DNA of 62,186 nt, the filler included, from Bipalium vagum (Eukaryota): the NCBI GenBank assembly GCA_037834085.1. It is 3 parts of 3 records of this genome, joined end to end, with 100 filler letters (N's around TTAATTAATTAA, not from the genome) between each part and the next. Parts side by side here need not be neighbours in the genome. Positions count along the whole stretch, not along the records: positions 25,807 to 45,855 come from JBBMKC010261326.1; positions 45,956 to 62,186 come from JBBMKC010121592.1; 1 more part is not named here. One strand, 5' to 3'. Both the position numbers and the translations under genes were made by a program. Below are positions 38,828-52,881 of the stretch, in pieces. The notes below the pieces were generated by a model. It had not been told where the DNA came from. It ran no database searches and saw only the letters and a list, made by a program, of their open reading frames with translations. Each line of letters begins with the position of its first letter. Position 1 is the stretch's first letter.

Positions 38828-39280
38828 TGTAACCACGTCCCCAGTATACTCCGAGAAACAATATATAGGTCTTAGAATGTTATACTGTGATATACTTTGT
38901 TATTTGTTTTTTATTGAGGTAAGGCATAGGGTTTTTTCTCGGATATACGAAAGGACGATATGCGGGGGGAGTTGGGAATACAACCTCTGGACCAGTTAAG
39001 TACCAGTGTTTTTTTGTTGCCTGTGTTTGGTTTATCGTATGTATGTTTGGTTTGTCTTTGTATGGGTATGTTGACATTAGGGGAAGAAGATCTGCGCAGC
39101 CGATGATTGGCCGAATGAAGTATGATTTTATTTTGTTTTTTAATATCCAAATAGCGCCCCCTGGAATGAATGAACATGACGAGCCGGTGACAGGCGAAAG
39201 CACCAGATGAGGAAAAAGGAGAAATTAAAACAGAGACGAAAAACTTAAAACTATTGCGGATGATGGAGATCAAGATGTAT
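38828..39280. mobile_element. LTR-like GC-richer segment upstream of the gypsy relic
   Basis: Begins TGTAACCACGTCCCC and contains a CCAAT box and AATAAA on the minus strand. Far end and TSD not resolved. Confidence 0.35.
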
Positions 39281-39289
39281 TAAAATAAA

Positions 39290-40378
39290 TGTTGCTTTTT
39301 TTTCCTGCACAAATATCAGTGCATTTTGTCCATTAAATTTCATGTTTTGACATAATTATTTATATAATTGAATATATCTTCGCCTGCCTTGCAGATATTT
39401 GCGCATAAATAAATCATCTTTAATACTATTATTGTGTAAATATCGCACGAACAAAAATAAAATCGCAAGTCTAACAATATCTGTTGACTTGTTCATTTGA
39501 AATTCACACTCACTGCAAATTTTGATTCGGTTAATGACCTCAACCTCTATATATGTAAAATCATTAATAAAACATGAAATTGTATTATTGGACAATAGTC
39601 TTGAATCAATTTTTTTAGCACATTCTTCATTTAAGATATATCTTTTACACAATATCTTTATATCTGCAATCGTACGAGGTTTGTCATTATGTGCAATATG
39701 GTAACTCGCACGAAAAGAAGCTCCTGTTGCATTTTTATGTATTCTTTAAAATTTCTATCATCTTATATTGAGAGTCTCGAGCTTCCTCTTAAAAAAATTT
39801 ATCTTCTCATAACCAGCAAGCTCTGTTTCAAAAAGCTTGGGAAGTTTAGTCGATGCCATTGAACTAATAGCTGGAATTTTGTTGCATAGCACACAATGCT
39901 TCAGGAAAATCTGTATTACCGGTATATGTAAATCAAAAATTTAAATAGGTTTCTTTTAAAAACGTTCTTAGATGATGTCTGCTTTTTGTTATTTACTTCG
40001 AATGAAGTTTTATCTACCCGTATTCCTAGAATAAAATATTTAAAAACTTAATTTTGCTCAGGAAGTCTGCTTAAACTACATGGAGTTTCAGAAAAACTAT
40101 TTGGTCCTCTTTTTAGAATTTGCGTCTTTAACCAAGAATCTATGAGTCTTACTTTGTAAATATAAATTAATTTTTAAATAAATTTTAAATATTATAATGT
40201 AAAAATACATTTGTTACTTAAATTAAGTTATTGAAATCTTGAATAAAATGGTTATTATTATTTAATTTCATAATAATTTCTATTTTGAATTACATAATAT
40301 TAAACTAGTGATTTTTATATTGAAATTATTTCCGGAACATTTCAAAATCTTGCGCGGAACATAGTTTGGGAACCACAA
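39290..40378 (-). mobile_element. hAT Buster/Charlie (ZBED5/SCAND3-like) transposon 5' half relic
   Basis: Terminus gtggttcccaaactatg (Charlie-like). Translation IDSWLK, SFRASYHIA, LLSNNTIS..I.D, FQMNKSTDIVRLAILFLFVRYL...IKDDLF. Confidence 0.85.
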
Positions 40379-41317
40379 ATTTAGTTATTATTATTGACGG
40401 TTTGTGGTAAAACCTTAAAAAAGATTTGTCAGTTTTTAAATGTATAAAAAAGATTGTTTTGTTTTGTCTTAGTGATTAAATTTTTATTAGTTGAAAGTCA
40501 CATTTACGTTTTGATTATTTCGCACGCAAATTACAGTTACCTAGTCGACTTTCAAGAAATAACATATACAATCGCAACCTTTCATATAAACCAAGCGTGA
40601 CACTCTCTAAATCTTTCTGATCAAATTTGAAATAAACGAGCCGCATTAAGTTTTGGAGAAATCTCGAAAATCCAAGTTAATTAAAACTTAATAAATCCAA
40701 ACCTCCAAGAACTTAACATACCTTTAATTTGTTAATTTGAGTTGTCCTCTTTTGTAGATCTATTTCTATTTACAAATCAGATGTACTCAATTTTATTATA
40801 ATCATTAACACAATGTTCTATTTTTTAAAATAACGGTGCTTTTAATTGAGCATCGCTTTCACCTTTTGCAAATGCGGTTGTTAATCATGACAAATATTTT
40901 GTGGATCGTGTCGCATTTATATGTACCAATATCATAGAATTGTTGGGTTTATTTATTAAAAAAAAATGCAAATTGGTATTTTATAGAAGTAATTGATGAT
41001 GTCATATATTTTCTTCTCATGCCTTAATTATTATTAATAATTATGATGTTATTGGAAATTTTTTTCAGACGAATACGTTTTGGATGAGTTGAATAATTGA
41101 AACCCCTCCCAGCATTCCAATTGTTAATGGAAAAGAAGAGTTAAAGGGAAAGAATAATGAGAGATAACACAGCCACATTAAATGAGAATTAATTACTTTC
41201 CCCTTATCATTCGAGCTGAGTTCCCAGTAAACTCCGGGCGCTTTATTAGTAGATGAGAAAAGAAGAGACTGGACTTGATTACAGAGAGAGATGATATAAG
41301 AAGCATTAGTTATTTAC

Positions 41318-41371
41318 CTCAGTTGAATGTGTTCGAACTGAGCTGTTTTTTGAGACTTCCGGTTTCAGCAT
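41318..41371 (-). CDS. Possible short first coding exon MLKPEVSKNSSVRTHSTE of an unidentified gene
   Basis: ATG at 41371 and strong donor GAG|gtaaat at 41318 in a GC-richer island. No homology recognised. Confidence 0.25.
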
Positions 41372-43789
41372 TGATAAATAGGATATGGAAGAAGAGAGAT
41401 GACATCACTGACACTTGTCGGGCAGCAGTAGATTTACAAAACGTTCATCGGCTGGTGGCGAAACTCTGTAAACCTCTAGTTAATATATTTGCGGAGCTTC
41501 CAAACTCAGAAGAAATTAAGAAGAAAAATTAAGTGAAAATTAAATTTAAGTTAGTTGAGAATTGAAGTTGAAGGCAATTAATTCAAAGTGAGCAGATTTT
41601 AAAGGAAACTGAACCCGGTAGTTAGACAAAAAATGATTTTATTTGTGGAAATTTACTTGGTGTTTTCCTTTTGTTTTACTATCTAAAAATTTTAGCTGTT
41701 AATTAATTTTCTTTTATCAGTCCAGTTTACGAACGAACCAAATTTGAAGTCAGACACGACATCTTAAGAATCAATTTGTCAGAAGCCAACATTAAAATAT
41801 GTGAAAAGATTATAATTAATAGAAAACTACGTAATAATGAGGTATATAATTTTTCTAAAATCTTGATTAAATTCAGATATATAAAAACCATTTTCAAATA
41901 CTTGTTTAACTAAATCAGTATTATTGAAATATTTGATAATGAAAAAATGAATTTAACAAGTAAATTTAAATTAGTTTATCTTTTTAATTTTTCATTGAAA
42001 TCTAAATTTACACCATATCTTAGACGATACAATTGAAATATATGACTTAATAAAATGTCAATCATGTGGAAGAAGTTTCAATCTAGAGATTTTAGTATGT
42101 ATAATTTCAAAGCGATTTCTTTTACTTTGAATAATTTCTGATTTAAGAATCGCCATTTTCCTATATGTAAAAAAAATAAATTGAAAAAGCGCAAAGTATT
42201 TCACTCCAAGGGTCAACGACTCCGGGGACTTCCTATACCGTCTAATTTGGATTCTAAGTTAAAAGAAAGTGTGGATGACGTTAATTCCAAAAATCATATC
42301 CAGGTACAGTATAATGATAAGGTTTTTATTTAATTAACACAATCAATTAAATTCTAAATAATAATTTCCCTACATTAATCAATATATTCTGAACTAGTGA
42401 ATTCCTTTGAGAATTCTTAATAATATATTTTCATTAAAAAATGTAATATAATTAAAATTTATCGAAAATTATATTTGGTTAAAATCAAAAGCTTTGTCCA
42501 CGTGAACTTTATTTTTGCTGAATTGAATTCAAATTGAAAGATTTTTTATAACACGTATTTTTCTTTTACTGAGAATTAGATTCAATTATGCTGGATATTT
42601 ATGCATTGCATATTATTGGTAAATGTTAATTGTTTAAATAATATTAGACATTTAAGCATATTTTTAACGATAAATATTTTCGATGGAAATTATTCACAGA
42701 ACAACTGGAATTGTTTGACAGCCATAGTTTGGTAAATCTCCGCCAATAACACGGAAATCTTTTTTAGAAGCATGTCGCATCTACCATATTCTCTAGATTT
42801 CATGCGGTTTAACTCAACCTAAAGAATTTCTATCAATTCACAAATAACATGAGCATCTACAGTCAGAATTAAAAAACTGAGGTTTTTTGAACTGTAATAG
42901 AAAATTTTTAATTAAATCAATTAATTAATCAAGTAATTAAATCAATTTTTACATCTATCTTTAAAATAACTTTTATATTAACAAATTTCATAGAATGATT
43001 GGAACCTTTCCTAATGAAACTTCTATAAAAACCTTCCTTAATTAAAATAAAAAATAAAAAATGCAGATCAAGTTTAAGGTTATAGGTTGAGAAAGGATAT
43101 TTAAATATAAAATATAATTATTATAGAGATGAAGACAAATAGGCTGAAGAAATATTCATTATTAAAAATATCATAAATTTAATCATATAACTTATGAAAG
43201 AATTCATTAAATAGTGAGAAGATTTATGAAAATTTTATGAACATTATTTATAGAAAACTTATTTTCAACTTTATTTCTCTTTAATTAATATTTTTAATAA
43301 AAATATTAATCTATTATAAGCCTGAAGATGTTTAATCATTTATTATTTCAAATTAAAGCGGAAACATTTTTGAATTTATAATTAATTAATTAATTTTTAT
43401 ATTTCTTTTATTAATAGAATCATAAGATGCATTATAAAATTCTTACACTTCACTTAAATTCTTTTACTTAATTTAAATTAATCTATACATTTTTATTAAA
43501 ATATTTTAACTGTTTTTAATTGAAAATGAAAAAATACTAAAATATTTACTGAAAAATTAAAAACTGAAAACCTAAAATAAAATATTATGGAAAATAAAAA
43601 TATATAAGCTGGGAAAGTATATCAAAACCAATGAGGTAAATTTATAGGATCATTTTTATTAAAAAATTTTTACAAATGTTTAAATTTAATTTTTCATAAA
43701 TTCAAAAATTCATAAATTTGTCAAACAAACCTTGCCCCAAAAGTAGTGTAGCATTATAATATTATATTCAAAAAGTAAAGTGATTTATG

Positions 43790-44480
43790 AATGGGAAACT
43801 CCGACAAATTTTGAAGTCAAAAAACGGTTATTTTTATATTGTTGTTTTCTGATCAATTATTTGATATTTTCATGATTTTTCGAAATGTCTATTACTGGAC
43901 AAAGAAGTTGTATTAAATTTTGTTCAAAAAATGAAATCAATGCCACCAAAACGCAATCAAAAATCAAGCTTTGTTAACAGTTTTTATGGATTATCGAGAT
44001 GTAGTTCATCATGAATTTCTTTCAGAGGTTGTACCATGAATAAAGATTATTATTTACAAGTTAAACGTCGTTTACGTAAGACAATTCGTTAAAAAGACCA
44101 GATTTGTAGGCAGATAATTCATGGTTTTTGCACCACGACAACGCTCCTTCTCATAATACATTACTATCCGTGAATTTTTAGCCAAAAATTTAACAAATTC
44201 TATTTTGCAAGCACCATATTCTCGAGATATCTCATCTTGTGACTTCTTTTTCAATCATTTAAAGAATCAATGGATTGAGGAACCAGATGTGATTTGGTTT
44301 AATCAATAAAACAAAAATCGAAAGACAAACTTATGAACATTCCAAAAAGTGATCTTGAAAAGTGCTTTCTGAATTGGATTAAACGTTGCCGCATGTGTAT
44401 CGCGACGGGAGAAGGGGGCTTTGAGACAAAATAAAATTTGGTTACTTAAGAAGTAGTGTTTTATTTGACAGTCACTTTAG
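43790..44480 (+). mobile_element. mariner (DD34D) transposase relic
   Basis: NKDYYLQVKRRLRKTIR*KRPDL*ADNSWFLHHDNAPSH...APYSRDISSCDFF. Confidence 0.85.
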
Positions 44481-45107
44481 TTTTTGAAAATAGCGTATAT
44501 CATATAGAAAGCTCTTTTTAATTTCTTCTACTGTTTGTTTTTGGCAAATTAGGGTATATCTAAATATTGTACGCACATTTAGAGAAAAACTGAATTTTTT
44601 AAACGTACCTCTACACGAAGCCTATATGGTTCATTTTATTATTTCGTTGATATTTTGGAATGTTGAGAGAAATAAATTCATTTTCAGAACATATTATGCG
44701 CCAAAATCATGTTATATAAATAAGAAAATTAAATTGTTTATAGAAATTTAAACAATTCCAGTATGATAGAGAAGATTGGTATTTTTTCCAACAATAAAAA
44801 GTTATATCTCAGAATAGATTAGTTTTTATTCAACTTTTGTTTATTTTCAGCTTATATTTGCTTAAATAATACTCCATTCTTTTTAGCAAATACATTCTCA
44901 CCCTGGTCCCTGACTTGGTTAAATTTTATGTTAAACAAATTTCTCAAATAATAAATGTTTAGTGAATATTCCAAATAAGAAAAATTTTGAATTGAAATGG
45001 TTTTTTGTTAACAGGGATGATAAAAAACCTTTATTAGTTACTACCACTATTATATATAATATTATTATATTACATTACTATATTATTATATTATTATATT
45101 ATATTTA

Positions 45108-45855
45108 CAGGGTGTCAGCTATTTGATGACAAAAATTGATATTAAGGGTGAGTAATATTTTTAATGAAAAGAATGCATATTTTTAAGCAATATTAGAAAC
45201 TTTATTTGTTTTAAGTATACAAGTTTTATTTATTCAATAAAATCGCCTTCAGCATCAATTACAGCTTCAAGACGGCTTCTGAAAAGCTTACAACCCACAA
45301 TAAAATGGTTTTTGTTCATATTTATCATAGGAGAACTTATAGAAGCCCGTAATGAATCTTTGGTATTATGAAGATGTCTGTTCGTCTCCTTCTCTACGAC
45401 GCCCCACACGAAATAGTCCAAAGGATTTAAATCGGGTGAGCTAGGTGGCAATAAGTTTGTAGTGATGTAGTCGTTAAATTTTAGCGATAGCCATTTTTGT
45501 GTTTTTAATGCTTTATGGCAGGGAGCTGAGTCTTGCTGGAATACACAAGGCCTTCCGTCGGCAACCTTTTCAATCCAGGACTTCACATATGTATCCAGAC
45601 ACTCGATATAAAGAGATGCATTAATTCTAAATCTCTGTGGAAAGAAATACGGAGGCATAATATGACCTTCGTTGATCACAAACCCAATATCATTAAAGAT
45701 GATGGAAACTTGGTATGCATAACACTAGGGACCTCAGAAGCTTTGGAGCACAGCCATCAATTGTTCCTTCTATTAATTTTTTGATCTTGAGTAAAAAGTT
45801 TTTCATCAGAAAAGAACCATAGCATGTTTGGATGATCAGGATGCTTGATTTTGTT
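45108..45855 (-). mobile_element. DD37D (maT) transposon 3' half with TIR, truncated by the contig end
   Basis: FFSDEKLF, then FQQDSAPCH...PPSSPDLNPLDYFVWG with 37-residue D-D spacing. TIR ta|cagggtgtc at 45108. Confidence 0.9.
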
Positions 45856-45955
45856 NNNNNNNNNNNNNNNNNNNNNNNNNNNNNNNNNNNNNNNNNNNNT
45901 TAATTAATTAANNNNNNNNNNNNNNNNNNNNNNNNNNNNNNNNNNNNNNNNNNNN
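45856..45955. other. Artificial contig linker N44-TTAATTAATTAA-N44
   Basis: Identical 100-nt cassette to 25707-25806. Confidence 0.97.
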
Positions 45956-46111
45956 TAAAAATAATTTTAAAAAGTTATTCTTAAATTTCAATAGACAAAA
46001 ATTGAAAATGTTTCATGACTTTCATTTGAAGCATAAAGTAAAAGTTTTTCTGAAGAAATATTTCCGGAAAAAATGAGAGTAACAGCTTTCATGAAATATA
46101 ACACTATTTAC

Positions 46112-46306
46112 CTCCTCTTTGACTTCGACCTGCAATAAGTCGAGTTAATCCAGTTATCCAAACATTGGCCTCTTCCGCACTGGTAGCAATTAGGCAAAGT
46201 AAATCAAATTCACTACCATAAACCACGGTAAATGCACATTCGGACAGGCTGAGGATTCCGTTTTTTGCAATACCATGACGAATTTCTCGTATCTCTTCTA
46301 TGGGAA
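46112..46306 (-). CDS. Phospholipase C-like (PRIP/PLCL or PLC-eta) PH domain, second exon seen
   Basis: IPIEEIREIRHG...ECAFTVVYGSEFDLLCLIATSAEEANVWITGLTRLI. Acceptor tttgtag|TT (phase 1, matching the upstream exon) and donor G|gtaaat. Confidence 0.85.
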
Positions 46307-47989
46307 CTACAAAGAAATGTCTTCCATAGTAAATATGCAAAAAAAATATATTATCGATTTTCTTATAGAGAATAAAAGAAATAATTACAGTTTTGAGGAA
46401 TAAATATCACAGATGAAATACTATCAGACGGAATTAATAAATGAAATAAAGAATAATAATATTTTTTAACTAAATTAAGAAATAATTCTGGTCAACATAA
46501 TATAATTCAAATATAAAGATCGATTAATTCACTGGTGTCAGAGAATTTACAAACTTCTAATATTACTTACATATTATATATTATTTATATATTACTAATT
46601 ATCATTAATTATTTAATGAAAATTTTTAAATATTTTATAAAATATGTTCATTTCATCCATTGAATTTTAATGCAGTTTTTTTTATAAAACTAATTTTTTC
46701 ATAGCCATAACATCTGTGACGTCTTTGATAATGGTTTACTTGACACTTTTATCAGATATTTTATTATAAATGATTTTTTTTCATAAACACACTCAGACGA
46801 AATTAGTTTCATCTTAATTGAAAAACAGAAAATAAAAATAGAGATTCGGTTAAATTTTTTTAAAAAATATAATTAATTAAAAAAGATACAAAAGGATTAA
46901 AAAAAAAATTTTATTGTGCGTTTAGAAAATCTTTTTTATTTTTTATAATCATAATAAATTCCAAATGAATTTTTTATTTAAATTTTAGTTTTTTACAATT
47001 TACCATTTATTTCAATAATATAAATATTTCTGAAATATTTAAATATTATTTATTTATTTTTTCAAAATGATCATCATTCACTAATATTAAGTTTTAAAAT
47101 CATTTATTACTTTGTAATTACATTCAAAAAAACTTTTACCATTAAAAGACCTGTGGTCTTTGTAGAATACAAACAAATATCTCCAAAAAAATAATTAAGT
47201 GCAATTGCAATACATATTATTCTATTTCTTTCAAAGAAAGAAGTTAATTATGTAAATTTCTATTGATTTAGTATAAAAATGAAATATTTTCCTCGGAAAA
47301 ATTATTCTTTACCAAAAATGTCGTTTAAATATTTTATAATTAACTTCAATAAAAACAAACTATACACATTTTTATTTGAAAAAAATAATAATTAACTCTA
47401 CCGCAAATTATCAATATTTATTAAAAAGTTACTGACATTTAAGTAATTTCTAAAATTTTAATTACTCCTTTTCAAAACCTTGTTCCCAAGGTTTTAGGTA
47501 AACCATCTTGATTAAACTTTAAGCATTTTTTAATAACACTCGAAGAGTTTAATATATAATAACCACTTATTTATGTATTTAATATATATATACGATAAGT
47601 CATCTATATCAAGCTTTCAATATTATTTACATAGAAATATTCGTGAATAAGAACGACGTAAAAATACTTTTCATCAATAATAAATTTAATATAGCACAAA
47701 AGTTTACTTCGTAGTCTTGTATAACACATTACTTGTACTCAGATTACTGGATAAAGTTCAAATTATATTAGACGAGGTAAAAAGTTTCCACTGTTTTCAT
47801 TGTACACTATTTAAATATGTATTACAGCTAATATAAAATTCAATTTTAATAAATCAATTAGTAAAATCCTTAGAATAAATATTTATAAAAAATTATATTA
47901 ATGCCATTTGTTTAACCGAATAAAAAGATGTCTGGAAAAAATCAAAATAAAGAAATTAGATGCGTTATGAAAATTTATTTCCTGGAAGG

Positions 47990-48130
47990 GAAAAATGTCA
48001 TACATGTCAAAAATTGTGCCGTTTAGGTCTGATATCATATCGAAAGGACGGTGCAGGAGTGGTTTGAACGATTTCGCATAGATAACTTTGATTTTGAAGA
48101 GGCACCTCGTTTTGACCGACCAATCACAGA
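47990..48130 (+). mobile_element. mariner HTH relic
   Basis: RTVQEWFERFRIDNFDFEEAPRFDRPI. Confidence 0.7.
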
Positions 48131-48459
48131 TATATACAACGAAATTATGAAAATAATATATTAAAACCGTCAAATAAGCAGTCATGACAATCCTAAGGAT
48201 CTAGGCATTTGTCAGCAAACTGCTTTAAGTCATTTTTTAAACTTGGTTAAATGAAAAAACTTGATATTTTTGGTGCCTCATAATTTATCTGATAATAACC
48301 TAATAAGCAGAAATTCTGTGTGAGAATCTTGAATTTCTTTAAAATATAATCTGGCCAAACAACTGATTCTATATTACTTGATTCTATTTTAGGTTACATG
48401 CTTGTTTAAATAACATATTTTACTTGCATTATTATTTTAAATATGGTTAAAGATTAAAT

Positions 48460-48830
48460 ACATTTACGTTATGTAATGTTATGAATTTCATAAAGTTGTA
48501 AGTGTTGGAATTGCCTATTAAAAACGTACATGGAGTTTATTTGGATGGCGCTTCTTCTCTAAGGACTATAAAGAAATGGTTTTGACGATTTCGTGATGGG
48601 GATTTTAGCTTGGAAGATCAATCTCGTTCTGGACGACCTTTAGCAACTAAAAACGTCGCTGGTACCATGTTACAAAAAATTCACAGGAGAAACACAGGAG
48701 ATTGTTACAAGCCTTGGTGCAAATATTTCCATCGCATTTCGTCATTTAAAGAGCCCAGAATTCGTTTCTAAACTCAATTCATGGATTTCCACATACATTG
48801 ACCGAACTAAATAAACTGCATGATATATTA
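48460..48830 (+). mobile_element. mariner N-terminal relic
   Basis: GVYLDGASSLRTIKKWF*RFRDGDFSLEDQSRSGRP. Confidence 0.75.
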
Positions 48831-51096
48831 GAAGTTCGATCAAAATACTTGAAGTCAAAAGATCTGATGAAAGAGAAAGAATATAAATATTTTACTGTAG
48901 AAAACAGTCACCAATTGCTTAAACATTCAACTATTAAAGATAAACTTCAAGTAATAAAATATGGACCGAGTCATATAATATAAGTCAAATAAACATATTT
49001 GAAAAGAACACGTGTATGAAGAAAATAGAAGAGTATATTTTGAAAACCTAACAAAAAAGAATATCACATAAACTTGAGGAGCATTCACCTTTGCGAAAGT
49101 TTTTCAATGGTCTGTCTGTTTTATTTATTACTTCACTTAATTAAATTTTTGTTATCTTTTCGCTTTTGTGTTATTAATTTGAGAAATAAATTGATTTTAC
49201 TGTAATTTCCTGATGAAAATAATTGATTTTTAGATTCTGAACATAAAGTTATAAAATGTGAAATTCCATTAGGAATATTTCAGTATTTTTTGTTAGTATT
49301 ACTTCTTCTTTATCTGTTAAAATATTTTTAACATATTTAATAAAAACCGAAAAATCATTCAGTAATTTTTCTTAATGTATTGAGAAAACACTCAAAAATA
49401 AAGTCTCAAAGACGTGTCTTCGAAAACCTCAATTAAGCCAAAATCAAAATGAGGCGGATGACGTCATACCATCCTTTATTCACAGAATTTTTTAAACAAT
49501 CACAGCCTATTGAATTTGATGAAGCATATCCAAAATATCTCGACATAGAAATAAGACCTGGATTTAAATGTATCAGAGAATTCTGATTATCTTATCTCTA
49601 AGCTGATAAAAGGTTTTCAAATTATTTTTTGTTCTCCTGCAATTATAACAATGGGAGACTGTGGGTGATATAAGTAGTCATTATAGAACGTAAGATCAGA
49701 ACGAGAATAATTTACAAAACCCGATATAATTATATTTTTAATAAAATAATTGTGGTCATAAAATATGAAATGCCCGATTTGTCTAAAGATTAAGTTTACC
49801 CATCGATATATTTCACATATCACTAAGATAGTTCTTCATTTTTATTTTCCCAGAAAAACATGATCATTTTAACACACTTTGGTTTCTGTTAATCAGAATA
49901 ATATTCTTTTCTAAGAATTTTCAAAAAATATAAATAAATATAAAATTCATGTTATTTCTTGAAATGAATTCAGTGGTAAAATCAATAGACCACAAAACAG
50001 CTAGCAATACTGCTTAATTATTTGGGAAGATTTCGCGATTGAACCATTGGCACGATGGACAATCATCAATTGAAAGCTGTAGTGCAAACACATATAATTA
50101 CTGGTGGATTATGATCAGCGACGTCTCACGTCACTGCACCAACAATAGATGATCATTGGAGCAATAATCGATCAGATAAAGAATTAGACCCACAGGTTCA
50201 AATTAATTGAATGAGATAATTCATTAAGAATATCGAGTAAAACCTTGCTTTTATTAATTATAAAAAAAATTAAGTCGAACCATGTTCGATTTATGCAATC
50301 GTAACCGTTGGAAACAATGATTGAATACAATGAAAGAATATTGTCTTTTTAATTGGTCAGTGGTATAAATTCCTACAATACATGTTTATGAAATCTATCA
50401 ATCAACTACATCAGAGAGTACTTTTTAAAAAGTTTTGAGAATTTTTAAATAAAACAGAATACTTATTAAATTACCAAGATTTATGGTGTCTCCTTCAACG
50501 TAATGGAGTCACTGCATCAAATGTATGCCATCGCTTTCTTCGAGCGCAGAAGCACCGTTCGTATTCTATTTCGGTTATAGCATTGCGGGGTCATAGTTAA
50601 ATTTTTTGAATCTGTACTACTGACTTAAAACCATAACTACGAAGTGGAGACTTCAATCCATAAATACAAAGAATCACACGGACCCATATCAGATAAAAAT
50701 GGTGCTTGAGAAATGACCTTGGTTTGATGATTGGTTAAAAATTCACGAATAATGAAGACATTACGTTGTACAAAATCCATTAATATTTTACTAATATATC
50801 ATGTCATTTTTTATAAACTCCTTTTTCAGAAGAGACAATACTTGCAACTAATATTTCTTTTTTACTATTGAACAAACAGTAAAAAAAGAGTTCAAAATAA
50901 TCTGGATTTTGGAATGACTTGACAAATTCTTTTTGATTTCAGCTCATTTCTTGCACACTATTCACTTGCTGTCGACCTATTTCTGCATGGATCAGATATG
51001 TTATTTTATCAATGTGTCGGTTATTACCATAAGTTATGATTTTATAATGTCTAAGTTTCTTCTGACAAGAACAATGATTATAAGCAGTTCAAAATA

Positions 51097-51507
51097 CAGG
51101 GTGTTCGATAAATCTATTCATAATTTTCCAGTTAATTGAACCTATGAGGAAATATTTCATTGAGAAATTGGCGTACTGTAATACTCCAGTTTGGAGGTTC
51201 TCCATCTTATTGGAAAAATGAATTTCTCAGAAATATATGGCTTAAGTGTAGGTAAAAAATTATCTTAGATCATCTGTAATAATTTTCTGATTTCATAGTA
51301 TCTGATTCAAAAAAGTAGGGACCAATTAATTTTTGGGAGACATCGCTATCCAAACATTAACTTTTGTGATATTCTTAGAATTTCAGCAGTGTTTCCTGGA
51401 TTATTGATTTTGTGGTATGATATTCAAAAGATATAAAAATCATTTATTTTAAGCATTTTTATTTTAGAATTAATAATAAAAAATAAATAGACTTATCGAA
51501 GACCTTT
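51097..51507. mobile_element. Degenerate Tc1/mariner-type MITE
   Basis: ta|cagggtgttcgataaatctatt versus aatagacttatcgaagaccttt (about 18/22 inverted match). Confidence 0.6.
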
Positions 51508-52881
51508 TATATTTTGAAACAATCATTTTTTCAATTTTACCAATGATAAAAAATTCTCAAAGACGTATACTTAGGAACATATAAATGCTAACGGATTTTC
51601 GATACATTTTAAATGAAATTTCATCAATTAGAGCTTTCAACAATACATGGAATACAACTGTTTTATAACAAAATGATTGCTTACAATTGTGCCCGATCAA
51701 TATGGTATAAAACAGCACTAAAAGTCTGTTTGTTAATTACACAATATTCATAGGAAATTTTTATCTTTCCATCAGTAACCATTGCAATTATATTTTATTG
51801 AAATTTTCTTGACTTTGAATAAACTTTTATAAACCAGACAAATTTAAAAAATGAAAATCTTTCTCCTAATAAGATAAGGTTGAAACATTCTGAATACATT
51901 AATCATAATCAAAAGTCATGGTAACACCTCACATTTTTCTACCGTCGACAAAATATTGCATATTTTTTCATAGGTAAAATCTTTTTTAATTTTTAAGTTG
52001 TTTTGTAAATCATTGTTAATAGGAAAACTATTGAAATAGTAAAAGTTAGATTTTTTTACTATATAATTTATTAATTAAATTTATACTTTTCGATAGAAAG
52101 TGGGTAATTTCTCCTTATTAACCAATAATATCATCTGCAATCATCAGTTTTTATCAAGGGTACTGCACTTGATATTATCTGGAAAAGGTCCACTTCTATT
52201 TGACCGTTTTTCAAACAGTTTCAAATCTTTACAATTTGTTGCATATAATTTTCAATTTTTATCAAGGTTTTCATTTGGTCCATAATTATACTTATTCTTC
52301 TTACATTTTTGGCTAATTAAGATTTATTTTTAAAAAGTTATTCAATGATATGCAACATTATATATTAAAACAATAATATATGGGAAATTTCCGGAAGAAA
52401 TATTTATTTTTATGACTTTAGCAATTTTAAAAATAGACTCTACCATTGAAAAAGTGATATGTAAATAAACTTCACGAAAAAATTATCAACAGAAAAAATA
52501 AATTGATTTTGATTATCTATGAATTATAAAAAGATGAAGGCTGCCGTTATAAAATGGAAATTTAATATCAACATTGTTATAAAAGTTTGTAAATTTAAAA
52601 TATCCGAAACCGAAAACAAAAGAGCATAAATTTTCGTTTAATCAATTTAATGAAAAATTTTAACTCACGATAACTAATTACAATTTATTCTTTGCATTAA
52701 TTCAGTTCATTAAAAGTTTATTTGTAGGTGACATTATTGATGTAGTCGCAATATCAAAGCAACAATAACAGAAAAAAAATAATTATCGTTGTTAAATTAT
52801 AATATATTGATTGTTTTTTTTTTGTTTTATTTATTTTATATAACCTTAGATTTAATATAATAAATTCAAATTGTAATTCTA

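Noticed and set aside
39176-39199. Hammerhead-like core aTGACGA-GCC-loop-GGC-GAAA
   Set aside because: Position 3 is A rather than C (no 3-8 pair), and no stem I/III with an NUH cleavage site could be formed nearby.
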